Shown here in pieces: positions 40,194 through 53,756 of a stretch of 64,000 bases of DNA. The position numbers were made by a program, and so were the translations under genes. Position 1 is the first letter of the stretch; each line of letters opens with the position of its first letter. The DNA comes from Lepidodermella squamata. Its lineage: Eukaryota; Animalia; Gastrotricha. Under the pieces are notes generated by a model. The model did not search any database. It saw only the letters and a program-made list of their open reading frames with translations, and had not been told where the DNA came from. The DNA lies in contig JBLDXI010000021.1 in NCBI GenBank assembly GCA_047495785.1, positions 1,240,001 through 1,304,000 on the forward strand, given 5' to 3'.

Positions 40194-41691
40194 ATGAGCA
40201 GCGGCGGAGTAAAGCACGTATGTTTTTTTGCGATTGCTTGCCCATTTTTTAATTAATACAATATTTGCAGTGGAACTTTGACGAAATAGTGCGCAGAAAC
40301 ATCGCATCGTATTGGCCACGCCGAAATCAATTATTCGGAATTATAGGAGGTTGCTAAGAGTTGATTACTCCCTACACTTTTTTCACAATTTTTTTATCGT
40401 TAGCGCCTAAAACTACCGACTTCTCTCGTGACTTCTTGTATCCTGGCGACAAGCTAGTACACCTATCCGACTACAGAATGAAGGGATTTCCTGAGAATAA
40501 CTTTCGGTACCCGCGCGTTCCTTACGCAATGCGCGATAATTTCTTAGGTAAATTAGCATATAGAGGCAATGCTCTATTTCATTACCAAAACCCTGTTAAC
40601 ATGTATTCTTTATTGACCATTCCTCCAACTCGTTATGATGTAGACTACAAGCTGAAGCAACAGAATAATCGCTCTGATGGCTATCAGAACGAAGAAAGGC
40701 CAGATATGTGGGAGGCCGCTCCGTTCGATTTACAACAAGACGAAATCAATCAGTGGAAGGCTCTTCAAAAACGAAACGAAGCCGAGGAGCAGCTTAGAAA
40801 AAATATGGAACGACAAAAGATCCTTCGTTTACTTCAAGAAGAAGTCGAAGCTGAGCGTGTAAGTTTATTTACAAATTGATATAATATGATTTTTGCGATT
40901 TCTTTCTCAGGAGAAATATTGGCAGGCGAAGGAGCGTTTATCAGTTTTAGGGAATAGTAAACCTAGCCAATTTCCTCAGTTAGTTAGAGCTTCCTCGCCA
41001 GCTATGCGCCAACAATTTAACCCTCCGTCATTTTCGAAATCCGAACCAGCTCTATACAGCTCTCCTCCTCCTCCACCGCCATCCATGTTTCCGCCTATTA
41101 GGCAATCTGTTCAGTTCCACAACGACATGTCCCAGCAATCTTACAATTATCAAAATCAGCAGCAGCAGTATGAACCGCAGAATAGATGGGTTCCAGAGTA
41201 CAACGAAGTTCCGAACTACGATTATCAAGATGGCGGATCTCCAACGCCGTCTCAAAGCAAAGAAGAACAGACTCAAACTGAGCAGCCTTTAATACCAGCA
41301 ACGTAAGTAATTTTCCACCAACTCCGCTTCAAATTTACGTTATTTTTGTTAATTTCGCGCTAATTATTAGAAATAAACATACTATTCGTACTACAACTTA
41401 CAACTATGACAGTATAATGCCGATGGATCACAAGAAGCGTTACCTGGAGGAGTTGCGGCAAGCAGCGGAGGCGAGGCGGGAAAGGTGGCGACGAGAGCGA
41501 GAAGAAGCTCGGCAACCTTTCACCGACACTGTAACGATGATGGGGCGAGACAGGCCGGTAAGTTATTGGCTTGCCATTGAGTTTGCGGCCGATTTAATTT
41601 TTTTCCATAGCGCGTTGTGCCGCTTAACCCCGCGTTTCACACCCGAGCTACTGATGTCACTAGGCCTGGAATGTTTTTACAATTTTATTAG
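40194..41691 (+). CDS. Uncharacterised coiled-coil, Pro/Gln-rich protein
   Basis: Six exons splice in frame from MSSGGVKHWNFD to FLQFY*. Charged helices (EEQLRKNMERQK, KKRYLEELRQAAEARRERWRRERE). Family not recognised. Confidence 0.65.
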
Positions 41692-42051
41692 ACTTTTAAT
41701 ACTAGCGCTAAATAATTTTCCGGTGAATTTCGTTATTTTCCCGCACGTTTCTCTTAAACGTTGTGTTTTTACCTGATCTATCGAAATTGTAATAACTTTC
41801 CGCAAACCTGTGATTCCAATTTTTTCGACGTAATTTTGTATAAAAATAATGTAATGCCAAATGACATTATTTCGCGCACATTTATTTCTTGTTAAATGTT
41901 GATGCTGAATAAAACATATGGTGATGACAGTTTATATATCTATGTTTTAAAAGTCGGGGGATATGTAAGTATTTTGGTTTTAAGCAGCTGTTTAAATAGT
42001 TTGAACCTGAGCAGAAAGTCACGAGCTAGCTAAACAATTTGATGGCTTTCC

Positions 42052-43464
42052 ATGATTTTCGTGAGCATTGTTTTTGTCGCGTTTCTATCTTTAGCTAATG
42101 GCGAACCAGGGGCTCAATTTATGCCGGAAGAGGAAGCGTTGAAGCTGTATCTAGTTGATCGTTGCAGTTTGATTTCATCAAGCCGTCCTGTTATCAAGTT
42201 TCAAGAGCCATTGGTCATCACGGCCTCGATGATTCCGTACAGTTTTAGGAATCTAGACGATTCAAAGTTACAGTTAGACATTCGATTCAATGTCGACAAT
42301 TTTGAAGACATTTCTTGTTCAGATTTTCCTTACTGAGCGAATTCGATTTTGAGTGGCATCATCCATGCATTTATTGGGGTGAGAATTTATTAGGAAGGAC
42401 GAAGACCTATTTGAATGAAAATTTTAGGCGAGTCATCCGAGACGCGGAAATGGAGGAATATTTCGCGAATTCAAGATTCCGCCAGCAAATATTGGCTTCC
42501 GACTATAATGCACATTAACAGCTACAACGATTCTGATTTGTTTAAAGAGTAAAACAGAGCCTTCAACCTTACGGCAAATGATCTCTTTTTCCAGTATAGC
42601 ACCATCATCGCCGATATATTTCTATTCCAACGGGGATGTAGTTTGGCAAATCGTGACTATTATGACGTCAACTTGCACATTCAGGTAATTGTTTTGCCTC
42701 TTGTTTAGATTTATTCTAACAGCTTCCCTTAATTTAGGGTGGAGAAATGGCCGTTCGATCGTCAAATATGTTCGGTTAACTTGGAATTATTCGATGAAAC
42801 AGAAATAATGCAACTAAAATTGTCAAACACTGGAATTTACATGGCCAATAACTCGGAAAATTTTCTCGCTGACTCGTCTCCTTGGTCACTGGTCTCTTTC
42901 GACGCCAGTTCAATTGGAGTCACTTACAGCGCCTGGGAGGGCGTGGTATTTGATCGAATCGTCTTTAAATTTGTGTTCGATCGAAGGCATAATCAATACA
43001 TCATCAATTTAATGCTCCCTTGCACATGTTTAACGGTATGCCAGCTGGTTTCAGGCATGATACCGCCCAATGTTCCTGACAGATCGTCGTTTACAATCAC
43101 AGGTAATATGCCTTATATTCGGTTTTTAATAATAAAAAATGAACCTATTCCTTTTTCAGTTTTGATCGCTTTAGTTGTCATGTTGTCCCAAATAACGAAT
43201 ACAATACCGAAATCGGATGAAATTCCTTACATCACAATATTTCTCTTCGTTCAAATCGTTATCGGTGGCATTTTTTCAGTTTACGCTGTCATGGCCTGTG
43301 CGATAGCAAGCCATCCCTATTTTCAAAGACGGATGCGTTTGTGTTGCTTTCGCCGAATTTTCATGACGTACATACGCTTAGTTGATATATTTTTTTACTT
43401 GATCGCCATCGGTTTGTCTTGCTTTGTAAACTGTTGGTTACTCTACAAAATGACTGAGGTGTAA
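42052..43464 (+). CDS. Divergent Cys-loop ligand-gated ion channel subunit 1
   Basis: Signal peptide, SRPV, WLPTI, Cys-loop CTFRVEKWPFDRQIC (C-x13-C), M1 YIINLMLPC, M2 PDRSSFTITVLIAL, IPKSDEIPY, M3, a short loop and M4. Confidence 0.88.
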
Positions 43465-43577
43465 AACGCGGTGGCGCGAGTTTGATTAATCAGCAGCTGA
43501 ATAAATAACAAAAATTGGCGAAGCCGAGGTTATTTAAAAAATTACATTGCTACATCCATAATTTTACTCCTAAAACC

Positions 43578-45586
43578 ATGTGCACTTGGGTTATTGCATC
43601 GATCTCGCTGATATTTTTGTTCTCTTGTTGTGAAACTGGACCAACGACAAAATTTATTCCTGAGGAGGATGCTGTCAAGAGCTATGTAATTGAAAAATGC
43701 GCCCTCAAAACAAACTCTCGCCCCGTGTTGGAATTCAGTGACACTTTGTGGGTAAACTTGACTATGATTCCATACTCTTTCCGAGAACTCGTCGACAAAG
43801 ACCAGAAGTGAGTAATGATATTTCGGCCCAGATATGACAGAGAAATTTCTTAGGTTTTCTCTTCTGGCTGAACTCGACGTGGAGTGGCGCCATCCGTGCA
43901 TTTCATGGGGAAATGATCCGCAAACTAAGCAATGGGCGAATGTAACCCGTTTACATGACTACATGCACTTCTTTTGGCACCCAACTTTGCTTCACAATAA
44001 CGCCGATGTCGACGCTAACTTTATTGAGAGGTCATCTTTATCATCGATTTCCGTTGTTTCTCTTCAATTTTTATCACATTGGGATACAGCCAAGCTGACA
44101 ATACTCCGGTTTATTTCTATCAGGATGGAAAGACTACCTGGCAGATTATTTCTGTCTTCACATCTTTTTGCGATTTGAAGTAATTTTCATCGATTGACCA
44201 TCTGATTTTATGATCTCGTTCCGATGATTAGCCTTAAGAAATTTCCATTCGATTATCAGGTCAGTATACAATTTGATCGAATTTTTCGCCTATTATCTAA
44301 TCCACCCAGGAATGTCCTATTTTTGTCGAGTCTTTCCTGGAACGCCAGATGATATCAGTTCAGCTCGATGGAGCTGGGATCAGCCTTGAGGGCAATTCGA
44401 TAGAATTCACAAACCCAACAGAGATATGGTCTCTCGTCGAGGTAAAAGGTCAGGTTGACGTAGTGACATACTCAACTTACGCGAATGACTACGACCGCGC
44501 ATCTTTCACGTATATATTCAAGAGAAAATGCGACCTCTACGTCGTCAACCTGTTCTTACCCTGCCTTTGCCTCGCCATTCTTCAGTTCAGCTCAGTTTTC
44601 ATGCCACCGCATGTTCCAGATCGACCAACCTACAGTATGACAGGTAAGTAAACTACCGTAAAATGGGGTTACTTTTGCCAATGGGGTGACATTGGCATAT
44701 ATGGTTTTGCGATCGACTTTCAACTTTCAATCAATGAAATCTTTGCAAATTGACAAATTAACCCCTTCAACATGGATGGCGGAAAGCCAGTAGTGGAAAG
44801 GTTTAGGTAGCCAAAGACACCCAAACACATGCTGATGGGATGACTTCGGACTCGAGGGGGGGGGGGGGACCACTCAAATATCGAAACCTGAAGACCCCAT
44901 GAATGTGCTACCGTTGGATAGCCTGTAAGCTGAGTGGTTCGAAAATGACATGCGATATCGATTTTGATCGCATAGATTCTTTTGGTTAGTCACCCAAATT
45001 CTACCGGAAATCAAAATTATTCGAAACTATCCCCCTAACTTTACCTGTCATTTTCCACTCGATAATGAGTCGGATTGTACACAGCTAGACCTGGCTTTCC
45101 TTGGGCTATCCAGCGGTACCCTACTCATGAGGTCTACCATGAGAGTGGCCAGTCACTCCTTTTTGATATGTCAAGTCAACCCATTTTATGGTACTTGCTG
45201 CATCCACCTTAATAAAAAATTGTCCAATATTAGTTGTCCTGGCCTTCGCTATTATGCAAACAGGTGAGACATTGCTTTTTTCTGTGCAATTTTCAGGTAA
45301 AAACTTTGCAATTTTAGTGGTTGGAGATTCGATTCCGAAATCGAGTGAAATACCGTACATTACCATCTTGATGGCGATTCAAATTGTGCTCGGAATGGTA
45401 TCAACAGTTTATACGGTTATAGCCTGTGCCCTTGCTCGGGAGCGAAAATTTTCCCAGCGATACCGCATCGGCTACTCGAATATTAAGCTGGAATACATCC
45501 GCATCATTGACACTGTATTTTTCACCATCATCCTGCTGATCACTCTGATCACGGATGGCGTGATAGTTTACCTGATGACAAATTGA
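43578..45586 (+). CDS. Divergent Cys-loop ligand-gated ion channel subunit 2 (tandem paralogue)
   Basis: Cys-loop CDLNLKKFPFDYQEC, M1 YVVNLFLPC, M2 PDRPTYSMTVVLAF, IPKSSEIPY, and M4 IRIIDTVFF. Confidence 0.88.
44656..45191. mobile_element. pogo/Tc2-like MITE in a channel-gene intron
   Basis: TA-CCGTAAAATGGGGTTACTT vs reverse-complement TA-CCATAAAATGGGTTGACTT. Removing it leaves an intron of about 55 bp, the local norm. Confidence 0.75.
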
Positions 45587-46523
45587 AATAAAAAAACTCG
45601 TTTTTTTCGCGATTTCATCTTGCTTCATTTCGTCAAACGACAACGACAACCAAAAGAAAAACTACAAATAGAGCGCCACTTCGACGTAAAACAAAGACCG
45701 TGCGGGTTGTTGCCTGTTGAAATTACAACTACAGAAGAAGAAAAAAAGGATCGTTCTCAATCAAACACGTCAATCAAATTACAGAAGCTGTTGTCTCGCA
45801 ACGTCGTTTTAGAGAAGAGAATGACTCGTGTAAGTGTATCAAATACGGCGGCGATTGAGTGGTAGGTATAGGTACTGTTAAAAAGGCCCAGGTGTTGTTA
45901 CACGAAGATGTAAAAAACTAGGGTAATACTTTTCGAAACGTGTTTCACAGCTCACATCAGCTCTTTTAAGTATAACAAATTTTCTGCCGACTTTTCAAAT
46001 CATCATTTCTCAGCAAAAAATATGGACTGGTGATTTTTGGAAAACAAGACCATGTGCGTGTGTGTATTGCCAAAAGAAGCGCGACGACGCAGTCGGAGGA
46101 GACAGTCAACAATAAGAGAAGCGGAGCACCAAAAGCGTCGTGATTTACATTATAATAAGGAAAACTGGATCCGAAAAAAGGCCGAATAAGCAGTTCGAAA
46201 AAACACCTGGTATCGTTATTCTTATTTTTACATAAAAAAGGCGGCGACGCTCTTATTTGTTAACAAAAGATGAAAGCTGCCCTGTAAAAACTCATCGCAG
46301 TTACATAGCACAACGCAGCGTCATAGAACCAAAGCTGACAATACCCATTATTTAGTTATTACATGCGATTAACTTAAAAGAAATAAAAAAATTAGGACGA
46401 AATAAGACGAGCATAGCTTATACGGAGATTGTAACCGAAAAAAATACAATTTCCGTCATAATTTTTATCAGTAAAACAAAAAAGTTGGAATTTCGGGTAT
46501 AAAAAAGTCGATATTAGCCGTTG

Positions 46524-49500
46524 CTATCGGGTCAGGTTGGCCTGTTGAAGGAGGGCGGCAACAGCTGGCGATCGGGCGTAATCAGCCGGGGTGCGGTTGT
46601 CCTGATCGCGGGCCGTTGTATCGGCCTGGTGAAGCAACAGAAGTTGGACGAAAGCGAGCGAGTCGAGTTGAACAGCTACATGCAGGGCTGTCCGCCGGTC
46701 GGCTACGCTGTACGGCCGCGAGATTTCGGCGCCGGTGTTCGCGTTGTCCGGCGATGACAGCGAGTAAATGGCGGCGAGCAGGCGCCAGATATTTTCCGCT
46801 GCCACGGCGTCGATTAGCTGCTGGTGGACGGGGGCGGCGTTTTCGCCATGCGAGGTCGCTGCCAAATTTGCGGCGAAGTGGTGATGCTCGTATTTGGCTC
46901 TCACGAACCACTCACGCTCGTCACGTGTCGAATGTCGATTGGGCTTAGCACCTGGAAGGAAGAAAAATTCATCAAAAAATGGCAAAAATTTGCAAGCAGA
47001 TTCTTATACGAAATTGGACAAAAAACTAGTTTCAATGCTCAAGTTTCATTTTCCGGTGTTTTCATATCGAGATTTGAAATCACGTTGGCTGTGGAAGGGA
47101 ATCTTTCAACTGTTTACATAGAATCGATTCCCCTATAGCTATCGTGTTCACTAATTGTAAAAACATGTTTTCGTTCAACTTCACGGCAATTTTTGGCTTC
47201 CCAGACAGATTAATTAAGGTTGTTGTTTTCTCGCTATGCTTATATCCTGTAAGGAGTGTTTTGTAGTTTAGTTCAAGAGCACTGAGAATTGAAACAAACT
47301 GACAAAAATTCGAACCAATCCAAGCTTCGTAAAAAATTGAGGCGTCTATGAAAAATCATATTTTTGGCAAATTGGCGAATTGCCGGGCTGAAATTTTTGG
47401 TTAACGGATGAATTAGCCATTAGATTAGCCACAAAGAAATAAGTTTTCCCTATTTTTTACAAGTAATTAATAATAACAGAAACTGACGATGAGGAGTTGA
47501 ATCATACTGGATTCGGTTTGGAAGACATTTTTGCGAATTTGTTACTCAAAATGTATTAGGAATCCGATAAAATTTTACGCTCCACTACAAGGAAGACTCG
47601 ATATACCAAGACACGAGTATTCTCTTTTTTTCGTTTTTTCTGAAGGTCGAGTGCGCACTCTTTTTCTCGATTACGGTCAACAGGTTTCAGAATCGTTCAA
47701 ATTTTAGAAAAAAAATCCCGCCAAATGCAAAATTGCATGCTCCAACTTCCGTTTTTTTCAGTTTCAGTTCAGGTAAATTATCGTCAGTTTTTGGAATTTT
47801 TTCTTTGATATTTTTATTTTTATTTATTTTTTGGGCAACCCAGCGCAATAATTTAGTCTGGTTTCAAATTATACCTGGCTTTAATACTGCTTCTAACACA
47901 CTGTTCGCCATTTGATTTCCGATAGCGCACATTACAGCAACCAGTTCCGGCGGCCAGTCGTCGAGGTCGAGTGACTTCACACGCGAGACATGGACTCCGA
48001 GCTGACGATGCACCCCAGAGCAGTCGATACACACCACAACACCGGCGTTGTAGACCGCCCAGGCCGGTTCAGGGGCCGAACAGTCGGCGCAATTCGAGTT
48101 GCCGGGAACGCTGCGAATCGACCGGGCAGCGGCCGCATTGGCAGCCGCGGGTTGGCCACCCGGCCGGCCGGAGTCATTCGCCTGGAGGCAATTGACAATT
48201 TGCCGCTGAATCGCCGCAACCCACTCGTCACGTTCTTCCATGGTATTACAATCAAACACCCACTGTTTACCGTCGAGAGACACCAGCGAAAACTCAGTGT
48301 TTATGATATTCGCCCCACCGTCGCCATCGGCGTCAGTTTTCGCGCGCGATCTCCGCCCGCCCCGTTTCACCGGCTTGGAGGCGTCTTTCGACTGATCAAC
48401 AGGTGGTTTCTGCGGCAACTGCCCCGACATCTGCGAGTTCTGCAGCGGATTCGTCGAGTTCACCTGCGTTTGCTGCTGCGAGGTCGACAACTGGCTCGAG
48501 GTATCATCACCTGTCGATGACCCGGCCGGCAAACCGCCAGGCACCTTCACCGTACTATGCCGAAGAGTGATAACCTGAACAACACACAATTTGTAAGGCG
48601 AGCTTATTCACTTGATACGGGTATTACGTACCTTGCCATGCTCCCCGTCGAGATAGTCGTGCATGTTCGGATGGTAGATGATACGGCCGTCCGGTAGCAG
48701 GACGACGTACTTCTTCTTCCAGGTCTCGCGGCTGAGCGCGCTGCCGCTCTTGCCGCAGCGCTTATGCAGGACACCTTCCTTGGCCGGCACGACTCGACCG
48801 CCGCCTTTCGCGGCGCCGGCGCCACCGGCAGAACCCGTCACCGAGACGTCGCCGGCCTGCGCGTCCTTCTCGTCCTTGTTCGACCTCGAGAAGATGTTAG
48901 ACCGCCGCTTTGTTTTACGCTGCTGGTTCGGCGTATCGCCAGGTGGCTCGGCCGACTTTGCTTTGTCCTGAAATTGAGAGGGTAATGGCGTGATATAACG
49001 CGGCAATTGAGATCATACTAACCGGTGGAGAGCCTGAGCCGTCCTGGTTGTCCTTAACTGTTGATGTTGTCAGCTCTGACCTGTCGCCAATTTGTGTGCC
49101 GTCATTCTCCTGGCAATATAACAATAGAAATAATTTACTCAACATTTCTCACACAAGTGCGATAAACCAATTAATTTTGCATGCGAATCAATATCAATAG
49201 CTTGAATGAGAAAGAAAAACCCAGAAAAGTTATCTTCTGAAGTCAAGTGCAGTTGGTTTCTTTGATTAGCATAATATACATTATTGATCATAGCCCAAGG
49301 GGTAAATACCCGTTTGATCAATTTTCGTGCACTGAGAGAGAGATTTAACTACTTTCTCGTTGATTTGAAATTTTTCTCATCACTTTTTCAAGTCTTTACC
49401 GTGAAGCTGTTGGATTTGTGTAGATGCGATACGAGTTGGTGCATTAGCGACACCATGCCGGGTGCATTAGACGAGCCCTGCGATCCCGAGTCGCCGCCAG

Positions 49501-50974
49501 GACGCATGGAGCCCAGTGATTTACGACCGCCACTGCCGGCGGGAGTTTGCTGCGGCGGCATCTGCCTGCCGTTCTCTGCGTTATTGTAAGCCGCCCCGTT
49601 AGTACCATGCAGCGCAGAAGCTGAGGCTTGACGGTTTACCTAGCAATAAAAGCAGTTGTGTAGAAGTTGTAAATTAAACTAATCTCTCTATAATTACGTC
49701 GTAGTGTAATTCACTGGACGACATCTGCTGCGCGTGTCGGCTGATTATAGTCGGCACGGCGCCGGGCGGCATCGCTTTCTGGACGTTGGTCGACGACGGT
49801 GCTCCGCTCATTCCGGGCGGCGCGGGTGGTCGCGAGATGTGGTACGCGGAATTCGGCGGCAGCGTGGCTGACAACGAGGCCGTGCTATTGTTTCCAGCTT
49901 GTACTGGAGTAACAAAAATATTTACTCACAAAATGCGTGTCGAGTAAAATATTCAAACGCCTATTTACCACTTCGCTGCACTTCCACGGGATTATAGCGC
50001 TGCTGAACATATGCCACGGCCGTGCTGCCGTCCGCCGTTTTGTAGGGATGCTGCGCTTGCGGCGGAATCTGCTCCGGCGACTTTGCTGTAACTCGCGGTG
50101 CCGGAATGGGTTTTGCCGAAACAACGGGCGGAATCGAATTTTGCTGCACCAGCTGTTGCGTGAGGGCAGCGCTCACTTGCTGCGGATTATTGCCACCATG
50201 TAATAAACCGTGATTAGCGAGAAACTGGATAATCCGTTGACAAGCTATAGCGAAACCGAAGTGAATGTCAATAAAACTTTAATTTTGAAAAGCGTTACTT
50301 TCTAAAAAGACGCGATCCACATTGAGCCCGTAGACGGCACATGTTTCCAAAAATACATTAGTGTGTAAATCACTTGCAAGGCGACGAGCCCTTTTTTCAT
50401 CTATCACTCGAGGGCTTGTTTCAGTTATGCCGTCTTGAGTTCCAACAAGTACGGTCGGAAGTCCGGATATGTTGCGAAAATGTGACATTCGGGAATAAGC
50501 GGTCCAAACGAAGTCGAAAGTTGCTTCATTGTCGAGCGCAAATACAAAAATAACGGCGTCAGCCCAGTGAGTGAACTGCGCATCGGGCAAGCTTCCCTCG
50601 TCGCGAATTAATAACAGATAACAATGCCCATCAACTGTTACTTCCTTTTTGAATCGGCCTCCCTCGGGCGAGTCATCTTGCGAATAGGTGCCAGTGAGAT
50701 ATCTGTGTACCAGAGAAGATTTACCACTTCCCATTGCGCCAACAATTCCCAGCCTCAGCTCTTTCACTCCTCGACTTAACGTCCATTCTTGGCTGTTGAC
50801 GAATGAGTCTTCTATCGCGGCAACATGCTGGCGCATTTGGTCGACAAAATGACCCATTTCGGGGGGCAGCGCGTCTAGTATGTCGTAAACAGCGTAAATT
50901 CGTGGATGTACATTCTCAAAGCGATTAATTTCTTCTCTTATCGCTTGGAGAATATTAGTTCCCTTAAAGCTCAT
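46524..50974 (-). CDS. AGAP: ArfGAP with GTPase-like, PH and ankyrin domains (centaurin-gamma)
   Basis: [37 protein letters not shown], split PH domain (WKKKYVVL...ERDEWVAAI), ArfGAP CADC...CIDCSGVHR, and ankyrin RTALHVA. Confidence 0.95.
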
Positions 50975-52465
50975 TTAAACACCTAAATAAAAATTCAACA
51001 GCAATTGCAACATTGTATACGAACACAAGACAATTAATGGAAGAAATTCTCCATAACAACTCAATCAGGAGATTCTATTTCTAAGGTTGTATCTTCTATA
51101 ATAGACATCTTGAACAGAAAGTTACAACAATAAATTAAAAGCAATGCGCCGACGCAGTCGGTACATATCATAGCTTCAAATTAAATAAAACTCTAACTGG
51201 CCGAAAAATTCAACCTATGCAATAGTAAACGTTTAAGAACCAAAAGAATATTCAAAAACGTTACGACAATCGAATCGAAAATTATCAATAACATATGTCA
51301 GTCATCTTCTATCTTTCATCTTCTATTTACGGGTTTCAGTAATGAAAATGCATTCAATGGCAAGAAAAGAGAAATGCTCAACAAGCAAGAAATTTTCGCC
51401 AACTAATAGCATCATGAGATTGATATAAATGCATGATTGACAGGCGCATTAAAGTTACAGTTTACTCAAACCCGCCTACAATTACACCTAAATGGCAGAT
51501 TCAAGGGCACTCCTCGAACTAAAATATCTGGAATAAAAGGGGTAGCAATTGTTAGCCCATCTTGAATTGGTTGGCGATTGAAGAGAACAAAGAAACATAA
51601 GAGCGGCGCCTGCAATGACATGTGCGCAGGTGCATGAACGTGTATAAATGATAACTAGTTTGTAATACGAGCATGATATGACATACTCGTTTCCTATGGC
51701 TCGCCCTGTTTGGTACATTATACGCCCTTAACGCCTAGCGCATGATGTTTTCGAGACGCAGTTCGCGAGGCATTGTTCTGAAGATCGGCAAACAAAATCC
51801 CCCGAAACAAACTCATTCTAACCCTCTATTTCCCCCCTTTTGCATTCAAATTTTACTATAGTAGAAATTTCGTTAAATTATTAAACATTCAATTTTTAAA
51901 CGTTTTATAGATCTAAATTTTTATATAGGTGAGGAGTGTAAAATTTTCAATTTTTTAATCGCACGTTCCGCGGAATTTTGGCGGCGGTTCCTCGAACTCG
52001 GAAATCAGGGACATGACTGTGGTACACTGGCATACGGGAAACGGCCCATGCCTCTTAGATGTATGCCTTTCTAGTTGAATGTTAATAAGGGCTAACTTGT
52101 TTACCTTTGACCTTTGACTTCGATATTCGTAATAGGGCTAATATAGCTAACCATAGAGTTAGTGGGGTGGTGGAATCCGAAAGCGGAAATCTGAAATCAT
52201 AGTGATAACACTATTCCCATCTCAGCAGTATGTGCTTGTAAAGGATGAATGGTGCTTTTGTAATGCCTTCTAAATGCCCTCGGCGCCTCGTCGGACATAC
52301 CCACAATTGGTACCCCACAATTTCGACATCGCTACACGCCACTAAGGTTACAAAAAAATGTTTGCGCTTGTGTGACGAGAAGTCTTGAGATACAGTAGAT
52401 TTGCTGGGATATGTACATTTAACATTCTTGTTCATTGCGCGCTAATTTCTCCAGTAGGCTTTAAC

Positions 52466-53756
52466 ATGACGCAGAATTTCCAATACACCGATATGATCAA
52501 TCCTGGTCCAATTAGCAACCAGTCCGGTTTCGTGAAGCGGGACGTATCGGAATTGCTCAATCAGATAATGTCCATCAATGACCAAACCCTGGATGCGGCT
52601 CAAGCCAAGAAGCAAGCACTCGGATCTCATCGCTACCGGCATGTACTCTATCAGGTTATTCAATCTCAATAATGTCGGAACCGTCTTTTTAACATTTTTA
52701 TATTCCAGGTATTATGCGAAATCAAAGAAAAAACCGGATTGATGATTCGAACTACCGGTGATGAAGACTTACCCGATGCTCAACTTGTAAGGCTTAACAA
52801 TATGCTTTACGCTGAGGGTGTCGCTGGTCCCGACGGTCAGGCAGCGACTGCAGTTGCGCAGCAACAGCAGAGTCCTCCTGACTCAGCAATCGAACATGCC
52901 GATTATCGGGCAAAGCTGGCTGAAATTAGGAGAATTTACCATCAGGAGCTGGAGAAATATAAACAAGCGTGCAATGAATTCACGAGTCACGTGGTGAATT
53001 TACTCCGTGAACAGAGTCGCACCCGCCCTATCCGGCAGCAAGAAATTGACCGCATGGTTGCAATTATTCGAAAGAAGTTCCAAGCTATTGAAATTCAGTT
53101 GAAACAATCAACTTGCGAAGCCGTGATGATTTTACGGTCCAGATTTCTCGACGCGCGGAGAAAGCGTCGTAACTTCAGCAAGCAGGCGACAGAAGTATTG
53201 AACGAATATTTTTACTCTCATTTGTCGAACCCGTATCCCAGCGAAGAAGCGAAAGAAGAACTGGCGAGAAAATGTGGTATCACTGTTTCTCAAGTATCTA
53301 ACTGGTTCGGAAACAAGCGAATTCGTTACAAGAAAAATATCGGTAAAGCTCAAGAGGAGGCTAATTTGTACGCCGCAAGGAACGCTGCCGCTCAGCAAGG
53401 TGGATCAGTCATGACCCGGTCGCCATCCCCTGGCCTAGGAACTGGAACTCCAGTATCTAGTGATGACGAAGATGTGCACAGCGTTGGTGGTGAATTGGAT
53501 CCAGCTATTGCCGCTCGAATTACGAGTGTAGTCCCCTCTGACGTCTCTAGCGCTGTCGGTCTTGCCCCAATGTTTACTCTGAGTCATATGTATCATCTTT
53601 CTGGCTACAATCTTTCAGAACAAGATCAGGTAAGACTTTAATAATGTTGTTACTGTGATTCCTAATTCGAATTTTCAGAATGCTGCTCTTTTGCAACAAG
53701 TGCAATCAAGTTCGCTGCAGAACGGAGCCAACCCACAAGGCCACCAATCGCTATAA
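52466..53756 (+). CDS. PBX: PBX/extradenticle TALE homeodomain protein
   Basis: PBC-A ([18 protein letters not shown]), PBC-B ([28 protein letters not shown]), and homeodomain [37 protein letters not shown]...[12 protein letters not shown]. Confidence 0.97.

Noticed and set aside
47971-48985. Long plus-strand ORFs over AGAP (similar ones at 3816-4199 and 46521-46948)
   Set aside because: Antisense shadows of GC-rich exons of real minus-strand genes.
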